Shown here one piece after another: positions 1 through 12,619 of a DNA stretch of 27,062 bases. A program made the translations under genes and the position numbers. The notes under the pieces are model-generated. The model was not told where the DNA came from. It saw nothing but the letters and a program-made list of their open reading frames with translations, and did not search any database. Within the stretch, counting starts at the first letter, position 1. Each line of letters begins with the position of its first letter. This DNA is from Histomonas meleagridis 2922-C6/04-290x (taxonomy: Eukaryota; Protista; Parabasalia): the NCBI GenBank assembly GCA_020184695.1, contig JAANOX010000109.1, forward strand, positions 1 to 27,062, read 5' to 3'.

Positions 1-240
1 TTTTTTCATGAAAAAAATGCCATTTTTGAATGAGTATTCAAATTACTAGGAATTGTGAGGAAATATCACCTATTCAATTTTTTTGAATACTTCCTATTTT
101 TGTCAGGATAATTCTGATAAAATATAAAATGTCAGATTAACAAAAAATAATACTTGAATTTTGTAAGCAAATATTGGCTTAATTTTAATTTTATATTAAT
201 AACTTTTATTTATATAACACACTTTATAAAATGAAACGTA

Positions 241-357
241 TAATATATAATGTAATGTATAACATATAATGTAATGTATTTTAGACATTGTAATGTATTA
301 TATATAATGTAATGTATAATATATAATGTAATGTATAATATATAATGTAATGTATAA
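241..357 (+). repeat. Left flank of the array: 19-mer repeat TATATAATGTAATGTATAA (3 perfect copies plus degenerate upstream copies)
   Basis: Perfect copies lie at 301-319, 320-338 and 339-357, with degenerate copies from ~241. The unit is built from pieces of the 7-mer (TATAATG, TAATG) and runs directly into the 7-mer array. Confidence 0.9.
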
Positions 358-3300
358 TGGATAATGTATAAGGTATAATGGATAATGTATAATGGATAAT
401 GTATAATGGATAATGTATAATGGATAATGTATAATGTATAATGGATAATGTATAATGGATAATGTATAATGGATAATGGATAATGGATAATGGATAATGT
501 ATAATGTATAATGTATAATGGATAATGGATAATGGATAATGGATAATGGATAATGTATAATGTATAATGGATAATGTATAATGTATAATGTATAATGGAT
601 AATGTATAATGGATAATGGATAATGGATAATGGATAATGGATAATGGATAATGGATAATGTATAATGTATAATGGATAATGTATAATGTATAATGTATAA
701 TGGATAATGTATAATGGATAATGTATAATGGATAATGTATAATGTATAATGTATAATGTATAATGGATAATGTATAATGGATAATGGATAATGTATAATG
801 GATAATGTATAATGTATAATGTATAATGTATAATGGATAATGTATAATGGATAATGGATAATGGATAATGTATAATGGATGATGTATAATGTATAATGTA
901 TAATGTATAATGTATAATGTATAATGTATAATGTATAATGTATAATGTATAATGTATAATGTATAATGTATAATGGATAATGGATAATGTATAATGTATA
1001 ATGGATAATGGATAATGGATAATGGATAATGGATAATGGATAATGGATAATGGATAATGGATAATGTATAATGTATAATGTATAATGGATAATGTATAAT
1101 GTATAATGGATAATGGATAATGTATAATGTATAATGTATAATGGATAATGGATAATGTATAATGGATAATGGATAATGAATGATGGATAATGTATAATGG
1201 ATAATGGATAATGGATAATGGATAATGTATAATGTATAATGTATAATGTATAATGGATAATGTATAATGGATAATGTATAATGGATAATGTATAATGGAT
1301 AATGTATAATGGATAATGTATAATGTATAATGGATAATGTATAATGTATAATGTATAATGTATAATGTATAATGGATAATGTATAATGGATAATGTATAA
1401 TGGATAATGGATAATGTATAATGTATAATGGATAATGGATAATGGATAATGGATAATGGATAATGGATAATGTATAATGTATAATGTATAATGTATAATG
1501 TATAATGTATAATGTATAATGTATAATGTATAATGTATAATGTATAATGTATAATGTATAATGTATAATGTATAATGTATAATGTATAATGTATAATGTA
1601 TAATGTATAATGTATAATGTATAATGTATAATGGATAATGGATAATGGATAATGGATAATGGATAATGGATAATGGATAATGGATAATGGATAATGGATA
1701 ATGGATAATGGATAATGGATAATGTATAATGTATAATGTATAATGTATAATGTATAATGTATAATGTATAATGTATAATGTATAATGTATAATGTATAAT
1801 GTATAATGTATAATGTATAATGTATAATGTATAATGTATAATGGATAATGGATAATGTATAATGTATAATGGATAATGTATAATGGATAATGGATAATGT
1901 ATAATGTATAATGGATAATGGATAATGTATAATGTATAATGTATAATGGATAATGTATAATGTATAATGGATAATGGATAATGTATAATGTATAATGTAT
2001 AATGGATAATGGATAATGTATAATGGATAATGGATAATGGATAATGGATAATGGATAATGGATAATGGATAATGGATAATGGATAATGTATAATGTATAA
2101 TGTATAATGTATAATGGATAATGTATAATGGATAATGTATAATGGATAATGGATAATGGATAATGGATAATGTATAATGTATAATGTATAATGGATAATG
2201 GATAATGTATAATGGATAATGTATAATGTATAATGTATAATGGATAATGGATAATGGATAATGGATAATGGATAATGTATAATGTATAATGGATAATGGA
2301 TAATGTATAATGTATAATGTATAATGTATAATGTATAATGGATAATGTATAATGGATAATGGATAATGTATAATGTATAATGTATAATGGATAATGGATA
2401 ATGTATAATGGATAATGAATAATGTATAATGGATAATGTATAATGTATAATGTATAATGTATAATGTATAATGTATAATGTATAATGGATAATGTATAAT
2501 GGATAATGTATAATGTATAATGTATAATGGATAATGTATAATGTATAATGGATAATGTATAATGTATAATGGATAATGTATAATGGATAATGTATAATGT
2601 ATAATGGATAATGTATAATGTATAATGTATAATGTATAATGTATAATGTATAATGGATAATGGATAATGGATAATGGATAATGGATAATGGATAATGGAT
2701 AATGGATAATGAATAATGGATAATGGATAATGGATAATGGATAATGTATAATGTATAATGTATAATGTATAATGTATAATGTATAATGTATAATGGATAA
2801 TGTATAATGTATAATGGATAATGGATAATGTATAATGTATAATGTATAATGTATAATGGATAATGTATAATGTATAATGTATAATGAATAATGGATAATG
2901 TATAATGTATAATGTATAATGGATAATGTATAATGTATAATGTATAATATATAATGTATAATGGATAATGGATAATGTATAATGGATAATGTATAATGTA
3001 TAATGGATAATGGATAATGGATAATGTATAATGTATAATGTATAATGGATAATGTATAATGTATAATGTATAATGGATAATGGATAATGTATAATGTATA
3101 ATGTATAATGGATAATGAATAATGTATAATGTATAATGTATAATGTATAATGGATAATGGATAATGTATAATGGATAATGGATAATGGATAATGTATAAT
3201 GGATAATGGATAATGGATAATGGATAATGGATAATGTATAATGGATAATGGATAATGTATAATGTATAATGGATAATGTATAATGGATAATGTATAATGT

Positions 3301-6300
3301 ATAATGGATAATGGATAATGGATAATGTATAATGTATAATGGATAATGTATAATGTATAATGTATAATGGATAATGGATAATGTATAATGGATAATGTAT
3401 AATGTATAATGTATAATGTATAATGGATAATGGATAATGGATAATGTATAATGGATAATGTATAATGTATAATGTATAATATATAATGTATAATGGATAA
3501 TGGATAATGTATAATGGATAATGGATAATGTATAATGTATAATGGATAATGTATAATGTATAATGGATAATGTATAATGGATAATGGATAATGTATAATG
3601 TATAATGTATAATGTATAATGGATAATGGATAATGGATAATGTATAATGTATAATGGATAATGTATAATGTATAATGTATAATGGATAATGGATAATGGA
3701 TAATGGATAATGGATAATGTATAATGTATAATGTATAATGTATAATGGATAATGGTCAATGTATAATGGATAATGGATAATGTATAATGTATAATGGATA
3801 ATGGATAATGGATAATGTATAATGTATAATGGATAATGGATAATGTATAATGGATAATGGATAATGTATAATGTATAATGGATAATGGATAATGGATAAT
3901 GGATAATGGATAATGGATAATGTATAATGGATAATGGATAATGTATAATGGATAATGGATAATGTATAATGTATAATGGATAATGGATAATGTATAATGG
4001 ATAATGTATAATGGATAATGGATAATGTATAATGGATAATGGATAATGGATAATGTATAATGGATAATGTATAATGGATAATGGATAATGGATAATGGAT
4101 AATGGATAATGTATAATGTATAATGGATAATGTATAATGGATAATGTATAATGTATAATGGATAATGGATAATGTATAATGTATAATGGATAATGGATAA
4201 TGTATAATGTATAATGGATAATGTATAATGGATAATGGATAATGGATAATGGATAATGGATAATGTATAATGTATAATGGATAATGGATAATGTATAATG
4301 GATAATGTATAATGTATAATGGATAATGGATAATGTATAATGTATAATGTATAATGTATAATGGATAATGGATAATGGATAATGTATAATGTATAATGTA
4401 TAATGTATAATGGATAATGGATAATGTATAATGGATAATGGATAATGTATAATGGATAATGTATAATGTATAATGTATAATGGATAATGTATAATGTATA
4501 ATGTATAATGGATAATGGATAATGGATAATGTATAATGGATAATGGATAATGGATAATGGATAATGTATAATGTATAATGGATAATGTATAATGGATAAT
4601 GGATAATGGATAATGGATAATGGATAATGTATAATGTATAATGTATAATGTATAATGGATAATGGATAATGTATAATGGATAATGGATAATGTATAATGT
4701 ATAATGGATAATGGATAATGGATAATGTATAATGTATAATGGATAATGGATAATGGATAATGGATAATGTATAATGGATAATGTATAATGTATAATGGAT
4801 AATGTATAATGGATAATGGATAATGTATAATGTATAATGGATAATGGATAATGGATAATGTATAATGTATAATAATGTGATAATGGATAATGGATAATGA
4901 GATAATGGATAATGGATAATGGATAATGGATAATGGATAATGGATAATGGATAATGGATAATAGTATAATATGTATAATGTATAATGGATAATGAAGAAT
5001 GTATAAGGAATAATGTATAATGAATAATGGATAATGGATAATGGATAATGGATAATGTATAATGGATAATGGATAATGATTGATAATGGATAATGTATAA
5101 TGATAATATATAATGGATAATGGATAATGTATAATGGATAATGTATAATGGATAATGGATAATGTATAATGTATAATGGATAATAGTATAATGGATAATG
5201 ATATGATAATGGATAATGTATAATAGTGATAATGGATATAATGATGGATAATGTATAATAGGATAATGTATAATGTATAATGGATAATGGATAATGGATA
5301 ATGTATAATGTATAATGGATAATGTATAATGTATAATGGATAATGTATAATGGATAATGGATAATGTATAATGTATAATGTATAATGTATAATGGATAAT
5401 GGATAATGGATAATGTATAATGGATAATGGATAATGTATAATGGATAATGGATAATGGATAATGGATAATGTATAATGGATAATGGATAATGTATAATGT
5501 ATAATGGATAATGGATAATGGATAATGTATAATGGATAATGGATAATGTATAATGTATAATGGATAATGTATAATGTATAATGGATAATGGATAATGTAT
5601 AATGGATAATGGATAATGTATAATGTATAATGGATAATGGATAATGGATAATGGATAATGTATAATGGATAATGTATAATGGATAATGTATAATGTATAA
5701 TGGATAATGGATAATGTATAATGGATAATGGATAATGGATAATGTATAATGTATAATGATAATGTATAATAGTATAATAGTATAATGGATAATGGATAAT
5801 GGATAATGATATAATGGATGATAATGTATAATGTATAATGTATAATGGATAATGGATAATGTATAATGTATAATGGATAATGGATAATGTATAATGTATA
5901 ATGGATAATGTATAATGTATAATGGATAATGGATAATGGTATAATGTATAATGTATAATGTATAATGTATAATGTATAATGTATAATGGATAATGGATAA
6001 TGTATAATGGATAATGGATAATGGATAATGTATAATGGATAATGGATAATGGATAATGTATAATGTATAATGTATAATGGATAATGGATAATGTATAATG
6101 GATAATGGATAATGTATAATGTATAATGGATAATGGATAATGGATAATGTATAATGGATAATGGATAATGTATAATGTATAATGTATAATGGATAATGGA
6201 TAATGGATAATGTATAATGTATAATGTATAATGGATAATGGATAATGTATAATGTATAATGGATAATGGATAATGGATAATGGATAATGGATAATGGATA

Positions 6301-9300
6301 ATGGATAATGGATAATGGATAATGGATAATGGATAATGTATAATGTATAATGGATAATGGATAATGGATAATGTATAATGGATAATGGATAATGGATAAT
6401 GGATAATGTATAATGGATAATGTATAATGGATAATGTATAATGTATAATGGATAATGTATAATGTATAATGGATAATGTATAATGTATAATGGATAATGG
6501 ATAATGGATAATGGATAATGGATAATGGATAATGTATAATGGATAATGTATAATGTATAATGGATAATGGATAATGTATAATGGATAATGGATAATGGAT
6601 AATGGATAATGGATAATGTATAATGGATAATGGATAATGTATAATGGATAATGGATAATGGATAATGTATAATGGATAATGTATAATGTATAATGGATAA
6701 TGGATAATGTATAATGGATAATGTATAATGTATAATGTATAATGTATAATGGATAATGGATAATGTATAATGGATAATGGATAATGTATAATGGATAATG
6801 GATAATGGATAATGGATAATGGATAATGGATAATGTATAATGGATAATGGATAATGGATAATGAATAATATGATAATGGATAGATATGTATAATGGATAA
6901 TGGATAATGATGTATAATGGATAATGGATAATGTATAATGGATAATGTATAAATATGTATAATGGATAATGGATAATATGATGATAATGGATAATGGATA
7001 ATGGATAATGTATAATGTATAATGTATAATGGATAATGGATAATGGATATTGGATAATGGATTATGGTTAATGGATAATGTATAATGGATAATGTATAAT
7101 GGATAATGGATAATGGATAATGGATAATGTATAATGGATAATGGATAATGTATAATGGATAATGGATAATGGATAATGTATAATGGATAATGGATAATGT
7201 ATAATGGATAATGGATAATGGATAATGTATAATGGATAATGGATAATGGATAATGGATAATGGATAATGGATAATGTATAATGGATAATGTATAATGGAT
7301 AATGTATAATGGATAATGTATAATGGATAATGGATAATGTATAATGGATAATGGATAATGTATAATGTATAATGGATAATGTATAATGGATAATGGATAA
7401 TGGATAATGTATAATGGATAATGGATAATGTATAATGGATAATGTATAATGGATAATGGATAATGTATAATGGATAATGTATAATGGATAATGGATAATG
7501 TATAATGGATAATGGATAATGTATAATGGATAATGGATAATGTATAATGGATAATGGATAATGGATAATGTATAATGGATAATGGATAATGTATAATGGA
7601 TAATGGATAATGGATAATGGATAATGTATAATGTATAATGTATAATGGATAATGGATAATGGATAATGTATAATGGATAATGGATAATGTATAATGTATA
7701 ATGGATAATGTATAATGGATAATGGATAATGGATAATGGATAATGGATAATGTATAATGTATAATGGATAATGTATAATGGATAATGGATAATGGATAAT
7801 GTATAATGGATAATGGATAATGTATAATGGATAATGTATAATGGATAATGGATAATGTATAATGGATAATGTATAATGGATAATGGATAATGTATAATGG
7901 ATAATGGATAATGGATAATGTATAATGGATAATGGATAATGTATAATGTATAATGGATAATGTATAATGGATAATGGATAATGTATAATGGATAATGGAT
8001 AATGGATAATGTATAATGTATAATGTATAATGTATAATGTATAATGGATAATGTATAATGGATAATGGATAATGTATAATGGATAATGTATAATGGATAA
8101 TGGATAATGTATAATGGATAATGTATAATGGATAATGGATAATGTATAATGGATAATGGATAATGGATAATGGATAATGGATAATGGATAATGTATAATG
8201 GATAATGGATAATGGATAATGTATAATGGATAATGTATAATGTATAATGGATAATGTATAATGTATAATGGATAATGTATAATGTATAATGGATAATGGA
8301 TAATGGATAATGGATAATGGATAATGGATAATGTATAATGGATAATGTATAATGTATAATGGATAATGGATAATGTATAATGGATAATGGATAATGGATA
8401 ATGGATAATGGATAATGTATAATGGATAATGGATAATGTATAATGGATAATGGATAATGGATAATGTATAATGGATAATGTATAATGTATAATGGATAAT
8501 GGATAATGTATAATGGATAATGTATAATGTATAATGTATAATGTATAATGGATAATGGATAATGAATAATGTATAATGGATAATGGATAATGTATAATGG
8601 ATAATGGATAATGGATAATGGATAATGGATAATGTATAATGTATAATGGATAATGTATAATGTATAATGGATAATGTATAATGTATAATGGATAATGGAT
8701 AATGTATAATGGATAATGGATAATGTATAATGTATAATGGATAATGGATAATGGATAATGTATAATGTATAATGGATAATGTATAATGTATAATGGATAA
8801 TGTATAATGGATAATGGATAATGTATAATGTATAATGGATAATGGATAATGGATAATGGATAATGTATAATGGATAATGGATAATGTATAATGTATAATG
8901 GATAATGTATAATGTATAATGGATAATGGATAATGGATAATGGATAATGGATAATGTATAATGTATAATGTATAATGTATAATGTATAATGGATAATGTA
9001 TAATGGATAATGGATAATGTATAATGGATAATGGATAATGTATAATGTATAATGTATAATGGATAATGGATAATGGATAATGTATAATGGATAATGGATA
9101 ATGGATAATGGATAATGTATAATGTATAATGGATAATGGATAATGTATAATGGATAATGTATAATGTATAATGTATAATGTATAATGTATAATGGATAAT
9201 GTATAATGGATAATGTATAATGTATAATGGATAATGGATAATGGATAATGTATAATGGATAATGGATAATGGATAATGTATAATGGATAATGTATAATGT

Positions 9301-9380
9301 ATAATGGATAATGGATAATGGATAATGTATAATGGATAATGTATAATGTATAATGGATAATGGATGATGGATGATGTATA
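358..9380 (+). repeat. ~9 kb tandem array of two interspersed heptamers TGGATAA / TGTATAA (TG[G/T]ATAA), about 1,290 units
   Basis: Read directly. Period 7 is held over 9 kb with one variable position (G/T, rarely A: TGAATAA at ~2416, 2710, 2885, 3116, 8563). It decays as TGGATGA TGGATGA TGTATA at 9361-9380. The unit count is length divided by 7. Confidence 0.97.
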
Positions 9381-9394
9381 TCAATCGTTTATAT

Positions 9395-9577
9395 CATACA
9401 TTACATTGTTCATTATTATACATCACATTGTTCATCATACATTACATTATATATTATACATTACATTATATATTATACATTACATTATATATTATACATT
9501 ACATTATATATTATACATTATATTACATTGACTATTTATATTATACATTACATTATATTTTATACATTACATTATTA
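9395..9577 (-). repeat. Right flank of the array: the same 19-mer in inverted orientation (TTATACATTACATTATATA on +), ~4 perfect copies plus degenerate ones
   Basis: 9440-9520 reads (ATACATTACATTATATATT)n, the reverse complement of the 301-357 unit. Degenerate copies extend to ~9395 and ~9577. Confidence 0.9.
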
Positions 9578-10099
9578 ATGTTATCTCTAAAGATGAATGT
9601 AATCTTTTTCATTCATTATCACCTGTTGAAAACAAAAACATGTGGTCATTAATCATCTCATTAATATTAGCAACTGATATGGCAAAGCATTTCGATATAT
9701 TAAAAGAATTCGATAACATTTTCTCGGAAGGTAAATTTACTATGAATGATTCACATTGTAGAAATCTGTTTTTACAATTAATTTTAAAGTGTAGCGACGT
9801 ATCAAATGTTGCGCGACCGTTCCAATTGGCTGATAAATGGAGCGAAGTTCTTTGCGAAGAATTTTTTTCGTCAAGGAGACTTGGAGAAAGCACGCGGAAT
9901 GGAATATACGTCTGACCTAAATGATAGAGCGCACCTTGATAAGCCAAAAAGTCAAATTGGATTTTATACTTTCGTTTGTTTGCCTTTGTTTCAGGCAGTA
10001 GCTAAAGCTGTGCCGAAACTTGAATGCAATGTTCAACAATTGAATTCAAATCTTGAAAAGTGGAAAGAAGCAAAGAAACAAGAAAATCAAAAAGAATAA
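9571..10099 (+). pseudogene. 3' half of a class I 3',5'-cyclic nucleotide phosphodiesterase catalytic domain; 5'-truncated, with one frameshift
   Basis: Joining ORFs 9640..9915 and 9806..10099 gives LILATDMAKHF...LILKCSDVSNVARPFQLADKWSEVLCEEFF/RQGDLEK...KSQIGFYTFVCLPLF. These are the PDEase_I motifs ATD, K-x-x-D-x-S-N, EFFxQGD and SQIGF. The frame is open upstream as INVISKDECNLFHSL back to ~9571, where the repeat begins. The frameshift is a 7-T run at 9862-9868 where 6 T would be in frame, so it may be a homopolymer sequencing error. Confidence 0.88.
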
Positions 10100-10404
10100 A
10101 TGTATGAATAAAATGTTTCTATATATTAAATTTTTATTTTGATTTGATATAAGTTATTAGTATGTGAAGACAGCATGCTGTCTATCCTTAATTAAACTTA
10201 AGTCTAGACTTGAATCATTTGAAATTGTGATCATCATTTTGTGAAGTATTGATTTCACACGAATTTTTGTGTTTCTTTAACTTCTTGAAATAAGCAAGGA
10301 CATACATAAAAAATCAAACTATTGAAAATAACACATAAAGACATCTATATTTCGAAATAGTTTTTTTAAGTCACAATTATTATGCTTTTTATAATTGGCC
10401 TTTA

Positions 10405-11853
10405 TTGATTACTGTTGAAATTAATAATTCTGTTAAAATAATTGGAGAAAAAGCATTTGCTTATTGTTCTGTTTTAGAAAAAGTTTCAGTTGGAGAAGGT
10501 ATAACAAATATTTCTGACTATGCATTCCGAGATTGTGAGGTATTAAAAAACTTTACTGTTAAAGCTCCTCTTACAACAGTTGGACGGGAAGTATTCTATT
10601 GTTCTGGTCTTGAAACTGTAATTTTTGAAGAAGGTGTTCAGTCAATAGGTTACTTAATGTTTCGCAAATCTTATGATCTTCAAGCTGTTACAATTCCAAG
10701 TACAGTTTCTTCAATATCAAGCAATCCATTTACTTCCTGCGAAAAACTGCAAATGATAAACATTTCAGAAAACAATCAACATTATTTACAAGTTGATGGA
10801 GTTTTATTTGATAGGAATTTGACAAAGGTTATAAGTTACCCAATCGGAAAACCAACAAAAGAATATAAACTTCCTGATTCAGTAACTTCTGTAGGGGAAT
10901 TTGCGTTTGCGGGTTCCCTTTATTTATTATCAATTAAATTTGGAAAAAATGTGAGTACTATAGAAAGTTTTGCATGCGCTGAATGCGTATTTCCAAGATT
11001 AGTAATTCCTGACTCTGTTATAGAAATTAAATCACAAGCTTTTTCTTTCTCCACAAAATTGGAAACAATAGTCATCGGTAAAAATGTAAAAGATATTGGA
11101 AATTATGCATTTGGTTATTGTACAGTACTGAAATGTATTTACTTTTTTGGTGAAACTTCTCCAAAAATTGAAATGGATTCCTTTACAAAAGTTATAGCAA
11201 ATTCTGTTATGGTATATGAAACATATCAAAACAAAACATTTGGTGGATTAAATGTTACGAATAAAACAATTGAAGGATGTAAACCTATACCAACAAGAAC
11301 ATTTACACCAACTAAAACAAATACTTTTACTAAGTCAAGTTCAAGGTCATATTCACATACGCTTACAAAATCGAATACATTTTCATCATATTCCACATTT
11401 ACAGAAACATATTCTTCTGATGTAACTTTAACACATTCATATTCAGTGACATATATTTTATCAATGACACAAACATTAAGTATTTATAGTTCATATATCA
11501 ATTCATTTATTCTTACGAATATCAATTCAATATCTACATATATTTCAACATCAGTTATATCTTATGATTTTACACTTAGTGCTTATTCTGATTACTTCAT
11601 GTCTTATTCAGATTTTAATATGGGTAAAAATAGTGAAAATAAAAATGATAATAAAACAAACATTTATATTGGTGTTGGAGTTGCAATTGGAATCGTTATT
11701 GTTGCTTCATTAATTATTGCATTTTTAATTTACATTCGAAAGAAAAGAAATCAAAGTAATGAAGGATCATTTAATGATAATGATAAAATGATTATTAAAG
11801 ATGATAATAGCAATGATGATAACAAAGAACAAAATTTTGGTGTTCGTGCATAA
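10405..11853 (+). CDS. BspA-like (TpLRR / LRR_5) type I membrane surface protein; true start not resolved
   Basis: About 9 TpLRR repeats (e.g. VKIIGEKAFAYCSVLEKV, VKDIGNYAFGYCTVLKCI), including the typical N..Y..DGVLF...T..I.YP.GK insert. These are followed by a Ser/Thr-rich stalk, a hydrophobic helix IYIGVGVAIGIVIVASLIIAFLIYI, an RKKR stop-transfer and a short acidic tail. The listed start at 10405 is TTG. The frame is open from 10339 (…YAFYNWPLL) with no in-frame ATG. Confidence 0.88.
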   Translation: MITVEINNSVKIIGEKAFAYCSVLEKVSVGEGITNISDYAFRDCEVLKNFTVKAPLTTVGREVFYCSGLETVIFEEGVQSIGYLMFRKSYDLQAVTIPSTVSSISSNPFTSCEKLQMINISENNQHYLQVDGVLFDRNLTKVISYPIGKPTKEYKLPDSVTSVGEFAFAGSLYLLSIKFGKNVSTIESFACAECVFPRLVIPDSVIEIKSQAFSFSTKLETIVIGKNVKDIGNYAFGYCTVLKCIYFFGETSPKIEMDSFTKVIANSVMVYETYQNKTFGGLNVTNKTIEGCKPIPTRTFTPTKTNTFTKSSSRSYSHTLTKSNTFSSYSTFTETYSSDVTLTHSYSVTYILSMTQTLSIYSSYINSFILTNINSISTYISTSVISYDFTLSAYSDYFMSYSDFNMGKNSENKNDNKTNIYIGVGVAIGIVIVASLIIAFLIYIRKKRNQSNEGSFNDNDKMIIKDDNSNDDNKEQNFGVRA

Positions 11854-12619
11854 AAATACCCTTTTCATTGAATAAAACAACAAAATTATTCTTAATGTTT
11901 TTCATTATAATTTTTTTTATAATTTATTGATAGTTTTAAACCAAGTTTTATTTTTGATTTGAAGTTTGACAAATTCGGTATGATATATCAAGGAAATTTA
12001 TTTGATCTTATTTATTAATAATTCTTTTACTTAATTAAATTAAATACAGTTAGGGATTTGAACGTGTCCCATGAATTAAAGTCGTCCCATACGTTTACAT
12101 TCAGATGTCAGAAATTTTTGAAACAAACATGAATATCTCATATATTTATTGGTTTTAAAACATATTATTATATATAATATATTATACCTTACATTATCTT
12201 GTTTAATTATACAACAGTACAAAAAATCAAAAATTGAGTCGATAACCGTCCAAAAGTGTGTATGTTTTAAGTATAAAATTAGACTTCCCGACCCCACCAT
12301 CAGCTCGCTCCTCTCGCTACAAAAATCATGATGATTTTTGTATAATTATTCAATTTACTCAATAATTTGGTTACCTACTCGAGATTTAAAAGACGCGATA
12401 CTTTTTGATTGAAACGATAGCACTATTTAGACCACTTTTCACATAAACCTATCAAAAACCTCGTATAACCAGCACGAATTGTCCCCGGTTATGTTTGGCC
12501 GGACATTTATCTGATTTAGTTGCAAACTATATCTCGGCGCATTTAATTATTTGATTATTTAATTTGCGCCAAATTTTGAATAGTAAATAAATATCATAAA
12601 TGTTCACTTCATTTTCATC

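Noticed and set aside
1-90. Short palindromes TTTTTTCATGAAAAAA (1-16) and TATTCAA-N5-TTGAATA (71-89)
   Set aside because: They are low-complexity A/T stems expected by chance, and there is no supporting context at the window edge.
358-9380. Calling the array a telomere, a CRISPR array or a deliberate binary code
   Set aside because: It is internal with non-repeat DNA on both sides and is G-poor, so telomere remains only a hypothesis. There are no unique spacers or cas genes. Nothing in the sequence shows that the G/T order is read as information.
298-9384. 3,028-aa ORF (IIHYPLS/IIHYTLY)n on the minus strand
   Set aside because: The CATTAT[C/A] strand contains no TAA, TAG or TGA triplet in any frame, so an open frame is automatic. 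It has no unique domain and the period-7 peptide simply mirrors the DNA period.
9862-9868. Possible programmed frameshift in the PDE gene
   Set aside because: A 7-T run where 6 T restores the frame is the commonest long-read error, and the gene is truncated anyway.
9371-12331. Small ORFs 9371..9652, 9609..9947, 11032..11229, 12076..12300 and 12149..12331
   Set aside because: They are repeat-derived, antisense shadows of the PDE or BspA genes, or short AT-rich frames without recognisable motifs.
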